Assembly: GCF_016432865.1 (NCBI RefSeq)
Contig: NC_067402.1
Location: 187,984,001 to 188,048,000 of the forward strand
Direction: 5' to 3'
DNA: 64,000 nt
Origin: Antechinus flavipes
Taxonomy: Eukaryota
The position numbers and the translations under genes are program-made. Position 1 is the first letter of the stretch. Every line of letters begins with the position of its first letter. Positions 54,080 to 64,000 of this stretch are shown here, in pieces. Below the pieces are notes generated by a model that was not told the DNA's origin, searched no databases, and saw nothing but the letters and a program-made list of their open reading frames with translations.

Positions 54080-54511
54080 CTCTTTAGCTATGAGCAAAAT
54101 CTTAGCTCACATTTTAAGAGAGCAGAAAGAGGTGATTCAAGCCAGTTCCAATGGTCTTGTGATGGAGCCATCTGCACCCAGAGAGAGGATTTTGGGGATC
54201 ACAAAGTGTGGAGTGAGGATCTCAACATAGTATTTTCACTTTTTTGTTGTTTTCTTGCATTTTGTTTTCTTTCTCATTTTCTCTCCTTTTTGATCTGATT
54301 TTTTCTTCTGCAGAATAATTGTAAAAATATGTATAAAAGAATTGCACATATTTAACATATATTGTATTATTTGCCATCTAGGGGAGTGGGTAGGGGGAAG
54401 GGAGGGAGAAAAAAATTGAAACACAAGATTTTGCAGGATGAATTTTGAAAACTATGTATATGTTTTGAAAATAAAAAGCTTTATAAAAAATAAATTAAAA
54501 AAAAAAAAAAA
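54080..54511 (+). mobile_element. LINE-1 3' end with poly(A)
   Basis: Ends AATAAAAAGCTTTATAAAAAATAAATT followed by an A run; similar to the other L1 3'UTR copies. Confidence 0.8.
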
Positions 54512-56314
54512 GAATAGAGCAGATCTCTCCCTGACTGATCTTCTCTTGGAAGTATCAAGTATTGCAGACCTTGGAAATAATAGAACATTTATGGGGCCAG
54601 TTCCTGTCTATCCATGTCTCCAAAGATTGCCTTCCACCATTTACAGTTTTTCTCTTTCCATTGCTTTCCTGGAGCTGTTCTCCATACTTCCTTGTTTGGT
54701 CTTTGAATTTTATTTCTGATTATTTAATAATAGTACTTACCTCCCAGAATTGTTGAGACTATCAAATGAGATCATAATCATAAAGCACTTAGCACAGTAC
54801 ACACATATGATAAGTACTACATACATAGTTATTATTGTTTGCAATATTTTTAAATTTGACATCAAAGCTCTAAATTTTGACTTTTCCATTTCTAAGAATT
54901 TTCTTTTCCGAGATTTCTTTCAGAAGGTGATTAGTGGATTTTTTTCTATCTTCACTTTGTCCTCTAGTTCTAATAAATCATTTATGATTTCTTGAAATAT
55001 GATTGTTTTTTAAAATCATGTTTTTGTGTGAGTCCAAATGATTTTCAAATTATTTCTCATTAACCTGTTTTTTAGGTGAGTTGTTTTATGTATCAAATAT
55101 CTTATGTCTTCTATTTTTTTTCAGTCTTGATTTGATCTAACATTTCTTTCATTCTCTTGGAGTCATTAATTTTTATTTGGTCTATTCTAATTTTCATGGA
55201 TTCTGTTACATGGGTAAGATTTACTATTTTCTGATCTAAGTTATTTATTCTTCCAATTCTTTCCTCCAGGATTTTTTAATATCTTGCTTCATTTCTTCTA
55301 GGTGTTCATGTAGTCCTTGTAGAAAATCAATGTTTTTCCTTGAGTGTCTAACTGTAGCTGTTATGGAGTGTTTTTCTTCTTAGTTGGATTTTTAAAAAAC
55401 ATATATCTTTTGACCTATAATAATTTTTCATCAGGGCAGTGGGTTTTATTTACTTACTCATCTCTGCAATTATCATTTCTAAATTGGGGCTGGCTCTGTA
55501 TCAACACCAGATCTTGTTTCCTGATACATTTTTGGATGTCTGTTTGTCTTCCACTTAGGTGACCTGAGTACCTTTAGAAGAGGAACAGATTCCTCTCCCT
55601 CTTAGGAATTCAGACCCCTCTGAATCTTTGAAGTTTAGGTGCTGGCTCTTCAGGGCCCTCATAGCACCTCAGAACAAAGGACCAGGGAGGATTGTCTTAG
55701 CCTAAGAGCTAGCCTGAGCAATAGGTACACTATAAGGGTCTGACTTGGCCAGAGCTGTGCTTTAGAAAAATCACTTAATACTCCTAGTCAAGGTGATTGC
55801 TTACAAGGTACATACTGTGAACAGCATCCAGCTAGAATAGCTAGATGGCTTCTCACAAGCTAGGAGGCTACACTATGTGCTGACTTTTCTGGAAGATCCC
55901 TTCTTCTATTACCTGCAGGCTTCTGACTGATGTTTTATGGAGTTCAAGGGGCAGCCAGATGACTGAATGTTTAGAGTGCAGGGCCTCAAGACACTTATTA
56001 CCTTACTTACTGTCTGGGCAAGCCATTTAATCTCTGCCTTCATCTACTGGAAATAGCTAACCATTCCAGTATCATTTGCCAAGAAAAATTCCAAGGAAAG
56101 CATTGAAATGATATGGTCCATGGGATCACGAAGAGTCCGACATGATTAAAAAACAATGAATTAGGTGAAAATAAGTCTCTGTAGTTGTACCTTGGATATA
56201 TTGATCCTTATTCTATCTAATATTATTTTTAAATTATTGTTAGGATAGGGATTTGAGAGCTAGCTTAATTACTTCCATTCAAGAAGCCATCTTGGCTAAA
56301 ATTGTTAAGCAAAA

Positions 56315-56580
56315 ATTTTTTTTTATTATAGCTTTTTATTGACTGAACATATGCATGGGTAATTTTTCAACATTATCCCTTGCACTCACTTCTGTTCCAA
56401 CTTTTCCCTTCCCTCCTTCTACCCCCTCCCCTATATGGCAGGCAGTCTCATACATATTAAACACCTTAAAGTCTATCTTAAATACAATATATGTGTGCAG
56501 ATCCGTACAATTCTCTTGTTGCACAAGAAAAATCAGATTCAGAAGGTAAAAATAACCTGGGAAGAAAAACAAAAATGGTA
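56315..56580 (-). mobile_element. LINE-1 3' end
   Basis: TTTTTTTTTATTATAGCTTTTTATT..GCATGGGTAATTTTTCAACATTATCCCTTGC, reversed L1 3'UTR. Confidence 0.75.
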
Positions 56581-56639
56581 TGCACACACACACACATGTA
56601 GGTACAAAATAGCTAGATCATGAAATGTACAGAAGGAAA

Positions 56640-57420
56640 TAAGAAAACTAAAAATATTGGGAGATATGTGAAAAGACCTAAATGCTGAAGAATTTCTATT
56701 TTATCCTGGAGGCAATAGAGAATTACTGGAGTTTATTGATCAATGGATCAAAGGTCAGATGTACACTTTAGGAAAAGATCTTTATTAGGTGAGTGGAGAA
56801 TAGATTGAACAAAAATTTGAGGCATGAAGAAAAATAAGGCTATTGCAATAATCCAGATAAAAGGCAACAAGAACCTGATTTATTGTGGTAGTTATGTGAA
56901 TGGAGAGAAAGGGGGCACAGATAAGAGATATTCTAAGAGTCAAAGATGATACCAAAATTGGGAGCTCAAGGAGATAGGGCCACTCAACAAAAATAATTTA
57001 GAAGAGGGCAGGATTTTAGTGGAAAGATGTTTTTTGTTTTGGACATGTTGAGTTTGAGATGAACATAGGGCATCCCGTTCAAAATGTTCATTAGGCAGGT
57101 TGTAATTCATGACTAGTACTCGGGAGAAAGTAGAACTGGATATATATAGAATATATAAGAATGGGAGATGACAATTTAACTCAAACAAGTTATATAGAAG
57201 AAAAGAAAAAAGGACCTAAGAGCACTGTGGGAAAATCATGATTAGGAAATGTGACATTCATGGCTAAGTGTAACACAGATGAAGATCCAGCAAAGATGAC
57301 TGACAAGGTCAGATAGATAAGAGAAAAATCAGAAGAGATTAGTGTCACAAACAAGAAAGTATCCTGTAGGAGGCAATCAACAGTGTTAAATGCTGCAGAA
57401 GTCAAGAAGGGTGAGGACTG
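56640..57420 (-). mobile_element. L2 LINE fragment
   Basis: The minus-strand translation resembles the decayed L2 RT C-terminus; typical purine-rich L2 antisense sequence. Confidence 0.6.
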
Positions 57421-58109
57421 AAGAGATTTTAACTCTGTTTCTGATTCCAAATGCTTGCATGAGAGACTTCAGATTTGGTTTGCATTTTATTTTGAGACAA
57501 ATTTTTTAAAAATCAAAACTCACTTTATACCTTATTTAAGCAACTATGCTTGTGAAGATGTAGAAAAGTTGCTGTAGAAAGTGGTGAAATCTTGTCTGTT
57601 CCTCATTCTGATGTTCTCAAGAATATCTTGATGTGTAGTTTCTCATTTTACAATGAGCAAGTAAGCAAATAAAATGGTGGTTAAGGATAATTTCATGATC
57701 ATGGCTGGAGTAAGGACTGCAATACTATCTATGGTTTTTCCTAATCATTCAGTACTTTAGCTTTATTGTATTCATTGGGTGGATCCCTGACTTTTCTCTA
57801 ATTTCTTCAGTCACTGTTCCCATGCCCAAAGTCTTAGGCTTTTGATAACTACTTTTAATTTTTTCAACATTTTCTTTAATATAAAAGAAATCATACACAC
57901 ATCAAATACATACTGTACAAGTGGGGATGAGGGAATTATCTGGAATGAGATAAGGGGAGCATGAAGATAATGGTTGACAAGATACACTCTTCTTCAGAGT
58001 GGATTACCTCAGTTGTGGGGAGGCAAGATAAATGAATGGATCCATCTCAGGGCTATTAAGAGAGGAGATAAAATGAAGCGCCAAAATCTACAGTAGAGAG
58101 AATTAGGTT

Positions 58110-60571
58110 CTAGTTCTCAATCAAGGGACAATGCTGGTTCTCTTTGTTATGACCCTGATCCCAGGCCCGTCCAGTGATCTTCAAAGGGTGTCCAGTTCCT
58201 AGAATAGCCCCTTCTCTCCATTCTCCCACATTCTCACTCAGCACTGTGGACCGTTTATTCTATAGAGGAAGAAGATGCGAAGCTCAAGAGAAACAATTCC
58301 AAATTAAAAAAACACTCTGCTAAGGACTAGACTACTCAGTAAACCCCTTTTCCTCCCACAACCTTTACCTGCCGAGGCATCAGGGGACCAGGGGAATTAT
58401 CATCCTGCAGGGTGGTGAGGGGTGATCTCCCTAGGACCTTGCCAGCAGGTTTCCTTCTAGGGGGCCTAGAACCTGAATGATGGTAGGGGGAAGGGAGAGA
58501 TCAAAATGAGAATTGTCCTAAATATACTCACCTTCAATATATGTCACTCCCTTCATTACTCCCTCGGAAGGAAAACTTGTTTGCTACTTTTTCTCCCACC
58601 AGTATCTTGTACCTGAGGAACAAGGAGTCTCAGAGCCTCTGAAAAACTTGTCAGGGTCCTGGCTGGTCATTCGAAGAGCTGGAGGCTGTTCTGTTACTTC
58701 TGTAGTGTTTGCCTGTTTTCGGGAAACTTCAGTTTGGTTCAGGGAGGCTGGTAGTTTCTGGCGTTCAAGGAATATTGGAGTATCCAGAGACAAGTCCTGC
58801 TTAGGATGTGATGAAAACTTCACAGGTAGGACCAGCTCAGTGGAATGCTCTGGCTTAGAGGCTTCAGCCCCAAAGGCCTCACTAAGCTGCTTTACCAGCT
58901 GGTTTGAAAGGTCTGGAAGAGACAAACTTGAGCTAAGAACTGTTTCCAGACTCTGCCAATCATATAACAAGAGCATAGAAAGTAAGAGTCTTGTCATCTA
59001 GTCACGGGAGCAGGGGGTTTAAATTTTTTTTCTTCTGTGACATGGTCCCCTTGTCTGGTGAAGCTTATGGACCCCCTTTTCTCAGAATTAATTTTTAACA
59101 TATACAATATATACGAAGGAAACCAATTATATTGAGATGCAGTCTTAAATTTTTTTTTCATGTTCCAGATCTCAGATGAAGAACTCCTAACTTAAAGGAG
59201 GGATGAAAATGAGCCCAAGGATTAGATGAGGACCAGAATCCAATTAGCAAGGGACAAAAGTCCATGGGACAGAAATGTAGTGGGGAGGAGAGAGAGAGGC
59301 AGGGAGAGGGTAGATAAAGAGGGATTAGAGAGAAATCTTGGTTTCTTTAGAAAGCAATAGGCAAAAAAAAAAAAAGAAAAGAAAAGAAAGCAATATGCTA
59401 TAACTCTGGAATGGGGCTTGTGGGGATAGTTTTATGGAAACAGCTTTATCTAACAGTCTGTCTTGGTCCTGGGTGCAATACCAACCTACTGTGCTGGTTT
59501 TCATGGGTGTCCGGATGATGCCAAATGTGGGAGACCGGGGATCTGAGTCCTGAGGGTGTTGCACCATTTCCTGCTGCCATTCCATGGCAGGTGGACTTAG
59601 TTGTGGCGAGCTCTCTACCTGCCAATATGACACAGAATCTAGGCCATTCTCAGAACTGCAGTGGCCCCCACTTTCTCTGCCTCCTCTCCTGTGATCCCCA
59701 ACAACACAATTGCATCAACTGAAGATTCACAATTATACATTCCTATGCAGGGCTTTACCATCACCCATAGCATATAGAGAAAAATCAGGCTCAGAAAGAG
59801 ATTAGATGACTTGTTCATGGTTACCAGAGGCAGCTGTTGGCATAGTGGATAGAGTTCAAATCCAGCCTCAGGCATTTACTTGTTGTATGACCTTGGGCAC
59901 AGGGCACACAACCTACTTCTGCTCGCCACAATTTACACCTCTGTAAAATGGGTATTATAATAAAAGTACCAATCTCCCAGGGTCATTGTGAAGATCAAAT
60001 AAAGCATTTGATCCAAATATTCACTTAGCACAGTGTCTAGTTCATAGCAAACACCATATAAATGGTAAAACCATGATTTCGATGATGACGATGATTACAA
60101 AAGCAGGCAAATGTTGGATTTTTTGTGGTTAAAACCTGCATCTCATGCCTCCAAATCTACTGGAGGTAGTTATGGTAGAATGGAAAAATACATTTGCTTT
60201 GAAGTCAGAGAGACATAGGTTACACCCGGGCCTGCTATATTATCCTGGGCAATTCATGTCGCCTCTCTGGGCCTGTTTTCTAGTCTGTAAAATAATTAGG
60301 TTGGACTAGTCAGTTCTATACTCTGGAGTAGGAGTATGGTTATGGATCTCCCGAGCAAACATGAGAAGCCAGCACCCTGCCTTTACACAGACTTCCCAGA
60401 GGGATTAAGGGTAGACGGGGAACCCCTCTAGCTTTTCCACCTCCCCAATACCTGGATGGGGGTGCGCAGAATGCCTGCGCTGGGAGAACGAGGGTCTGTT
60501 ACGTGCGCCAGGTGCTTGTTGCATGGCGCAGGACGGGCCGGGGTGGCCGGGACGCTCTTAGCCGAGCCCAT
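58110..60571 (-). CDS. CDCA3: Cell division cycle-associated protein 3 (TOME-1), 268 aa
   Basis: Minus-strand exons 60571-60452 (MGSAKSVPATPARP..DPRSPSAGILRTPIQ), 59618-59486, 58912-58613, 58472-58369, 58259-58110 (..NKENQHCPLIEN-stop, KEN box); 807 nt in frame; two DPRSP..RTP repeats. Confidence 0.95.
59010..59190. mobile_element. hAT-Charlie-type MITE in CDCA3 intron
   Basis: CAGGGGG..GTCTGGTGAAGCTTATGGACCCC..CTCAGAAT..GGAAACCAATTATATTGA; degenerate terminal repeats. Confidence 0.5.
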
Positions 60572-60824
60572 CCTCGCAGCTCGGCCGGCCAGCTGCCCAC
60601 GAGGGCGGGAGCACGGGAAGACCTGCGGGGAGAAAGGGGACGTTCAGGACTCGGACACTTTCCCTGCCGTTTCGCCCGTGAGCCAAGGGGTCGGAGAGTT
60701 GACCTTTGACTTCTGACGACTTTGGTTCCCCGGAGTGGAGGCCCCAGCGTAGTGCAGACAGAAAGTCCCGGAGTAGAAAAGAGGGAAGGGGGAAAATGCC
60801 TCCCAGCTCCGAAAGCTCGCTCAC

Positions 60825-61040
60825 TTTTCGGTTTCAGGATTTTCCAGAGGATCTGTTACCATTCGGTCCAGACGTCTCAAAGTTGCGTTTCAAACCTCCC
60901 GCCACGCCTCCTGGATCCCTCTGATTGGCTGAACCTCGGGCCACCCTCTTGTACGTGAAACGAATCTTGACAATACGGGCGTTCATTGGCTTCGGGAGGT
61001 GTCTGTCACATGCATTACAAGGGCCAATGGGCATTTAAAA
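60825..61040 (-). promoter_or_regulatory. CDCA3 G2/M promoter (CDE/CHR plus CCAAT boxes) and probable short non-coding exon 1
   Basis: Minus strand reads TGGCGG-GAGG-TTTGAA: CDE 60899-60904, 4-nt spacer, CHR 60889-60894. CCAAT boxes at 60924-28, 60985-89 and 61024-28. Candidate exon-1 donor GTGAG at 60824 and exon-2 acceptor at 60623. Confidence 0.8.
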
Positions 61041-61459
61041 TGGGTCTCTGACCCAGAAAGCCCTCCTACTCCCATGAAATCCCTCAGCTCTATCTCCAGG
61101 GGGAATCTTTAATTAATTAAAACGGTTTCTCTCCAGTTCATGCCAGCTGTCATTCCTTGAAACCCTGAAAAAGTACTCAATACATTATGTTTTGTATTTA
61201 TTGTCGTTTAATGAAGAATGGAATAATAATAATAAAATATATGTACGTAAAATATGAATGATCAGACATTAGAACAAGCTTTGAGAGGTTAATGGCCTCT
61301 TCACCGCTCCCCCCTCCGGAAGAGAGTTTATTCAATAGCAGCTATTGGTTAGGGATAGCAGCGATCATATGTCTTTACGCTAAGGTTTCTTCCTCCTTAG
61401 AAATAGCTTTTCAAAAGCTATAAAAGCCACTATGTCAGTCCTTACATTTTTCCGATTAG

Positions 61460-62330
61460 ACCATTCCCAATAAACGTTTCACGGGATGATTAGTTAAAAC
61501 ACTTGTCAATTACTTGAAAGGTGGGTTTGGATTGGTCAGCCGAAGGCGCGTGAGGGCGCGACAGAGGTGGCACAGTCAGGAGAGCAAAAACTTCGCTACC
61601 GGCCTCGCATCCTGTAAGCGTTCTTTCTTTAGAGGTCTAGGATTGGCTGATTCAGCTGTCAATTGCTTTAGGAACGCTTTTCATTGGCTTCCATAGAAAG
61701 TAGGGAAGAGCAATTTTACCTAACCGCCAGGCGCGCGCGTCTCCTTTTAGTACGCGTGCGCTTAGAGTGCTTTACGGATTGGTTGAGGGAGTAGGGGCGA
61801 GGAACCGTGGGAGTCGCGGGAGCCGTTCTGTGTGGAAGCGCTGCTGCCGGTGTCATGGCGGAATTGAGTGAGGAGGCGCTGCTATCTGTATTACCGACTA
61901 TCCGGGTCCCCAAGGCCGGAGATCGGGTTCACAAAGACGAATGCGCCTTCTCTTTCGACACGCCGGTAAGCCCACTCCCCATGCCTGCGGCGAGCATAGC
62001 CCTGGTCATTCTGCCGGGGCCTGCACGACCGGGCTTTCGCAAGGCACTATGGGATTTGTAGTCCTCCGCGCCCTCTTCCGCCGTTAACACGCACGAGCAT
62101 AGGGACTATAGGCGACTACCACACCCAAGGGCACTTTACCCAGCCCTTTTTTCCCCCTGTCCTGTGGAGCACTCTGGGGGTTGTAGTCGCCCATGCCTTT
62201 CTCTTATCATTCGAAGCCTCAGGTGCATCCTAGTCAGAGAACTACATCTCCCTAGCGGTCCTGGCGACCGGCTGGAGAGTTCTCGCTGGCCGCGTGGGGC
62301 CCATTGGGAGTGGTAGTCTGATAGGAGCTG
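61460..62330 (+). promoter_or_regulatory. USP5 CpG-island promoter side of the CDCA3/USP5 divergent promoter
   Basis: CpG-dense; CCAAT/ATTGG at 61467, 61531, 61642, 61683, 61778; ZNF143-type motifs at 62044-62318. Confidence 0.75.
61855..61965 (+). CDS. USP5: Ubiquitin carboxyl-terminal hydrolase 5 (isopeptidase T), exon 1 only
   Basis: [37 protein letters not shown] followed by donor GTAAG; GTCATGG Kozak context; exon 2 not reached in the window. Confidence 0.95.
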
Positions 62331-64000
62331 TGCTTTTTCTCCCATTCCTCCCTTCCCCCCTCTCCCCACATCCACCCCAGACTATTGGGGGGGGGGGGGG
62401 GTCGTTTCAACAGTGCATTGTGCCTTCTCCAGGTGCTGGTCACTTTAAAGTCCGTGATGAGTAGGGCTGAATAAAAACCTGCCACCTCGTGGGGAGGGGC
62501 TGGGATTGGGTTATGAAATGCAAATAGAACTTCCACTGTCTAGTGACAAAAAAGTCATCTTTTCTCATATTCCTTTCTCCTTCCTTTCCCCCCCGCTGAC
62601 CTGTGGATCTATTATAGTTCCCTTAGAAAGAACAGAGTAAGGTGCGGAAAGATGGCTCTTGTTTTAGAGCAAATGCAAGTCAATCTTACTCTTCTCCTGT
62701 CCTGACTTAAGACACTTCACAGAGCCCACACCCACACGCCGTGCTCCATCCGAATCATCCTGTGCCTCTTTTCCTGCTCTATTTCCCTCCTGAGCAGAGA
62801 GGATGCAGGGACAGAAAGCGTTGTGCCCTGTGCTGGCAGGACGATGGTCCAAGCCCAGAATGAGAGGGCAATAAACCGGGGTGGGATCCTCCCTTTGCCT
62901 GTAGGTAATGGGCCTTGCCTTGGAAGACTTCAGCCAGATTGGCTCATGCAGGAAACTGACAAGTCAGGATGGAACTGCATCATCAGTGATGAGGACAGCT
63001 GTTTTGGAGCTTTTATTCAGTTCCTTGGTGCAGTTATCTGTTGTGATTTTGTGGCTTGGGAGATCTTAGTAGTATTGTTTCCCCTGAAGTTTTAGTAGTT
63101 GAGGAGAAAGGATTCCTCAGCATGGAGCTTTAGAGACTCTCTTTGCTTTGTGAAAGCCAAGACTTATATTTCTGGGGCAGAAATGAATAATGCCTTGCTT
63201 AGTGCTTATCAAGTATATTTATTAACTTTCTTCCTCGTTAAATTATGGGGTGTGTTTATTTATCTTTTTACAAGTTGAAACTAGAAGATAAACTCATGAA
63301 GTCCAGGACTGATTTTGTTTTGTCATTGTATCCCCGGCTCCTAGCATAGATAACTTCTTGCATATTATACCAAAATATTATTAATGCTTGTTGTATTGGA
63401 TTAAGTTCATGGATTGGGTGAAGGACCCACTCTCAAAGGCTTTCAGTATTTGAAAGGGGGTGTTGCATTTCCCTTTAATGTTCTAGTTAACTTCTATCCA
63501 TCTCTGTACTTGATGGCTTAACCAATCCAAAAAGGCATTTTGCCTTTTGACAGCTTTTAAGGAACTAGTAGCTTGAGATAAGGGAGCTAATAAAGCTTCC
63601 TTCGCTGAAAAAATGTTGCCTACTTGGCTGACTGCTGTGGATATATTTGGTTGTCCCCATTTGGGGTGGGGTTGGGGTTGTGTGTCAAAAAGGTTTAGAT
63701 GGGTTTCTCCCATGAGAAATGATGAACATTGTAAACTCTACAGTGTCTGGATGGCTCAGATCTCTGTGATGACCTAGGATTTTCCATGATGTTCTATTCT
63801 TTGTAATGTGAGGATTTTATAGAAGTCCTTATTCTGGGAAGGTAACACTTGTTGCTACAGGGTGTGACTGTACTTTGTTAACCCCAGTCTCTTGCATTTT
63901 CTCCATCATAACTTCAAGGGAAATCTATTTTTCTTTCTTAGGTGTGAACAGATTGAACTGAAGACTTGTCTTTTCCCAGTATTTTTCTCTAATAGATGCA

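Noticed and set aside
62387-62401. G15 run (also C14 at 29692-29705) as G-quadruplex candidates
   Set aside because: Simple homopolymers with unreliable length; no further support.

Overview
Marsupial genomic DNA syntenic with human 12p13. The species is probably a dasyurid such as the Tasmanian devil, inferred from the WSINE1/Mar1/RTE/L1 repeat content and a marsupial-type CD4. Gene order: 3' part of CD4 (+; D1 second half to stop, earlier exons lie upstream of the window), GPR162 (+), P3H3/LEPREL2 (+, 15 exons), GNB3 (+, 9 coding exons), CDCA3 (-, 5 coding exons) and USP5 exon 1 (+), head-to-head with CDCA3. I walked all coding exons by hand; splice phases and lengths are self-consistent (GPR162 577 aa, P3H3 732 aa, GNB3 340 aa, CDCA3 268 aa). 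The remainder is SINE/LINE/MITE debris, microsatellites and three assembly gaps. I found no new gene or clearly novel system. The best leads are regulatory or isoform-level: a CD4 tail truncated by a stop with the ancestral tail still readable behind it, a possible short GPR162 isoform and six uORFs, a CRX/OTX2 site cluster before GNB3, the conserved G-beta-3s cryptic acceptor, and five alternating ZNF143-type motifs in USP5 intron 1. Comparisons with human or mouse are from memory and need checking by alignment.
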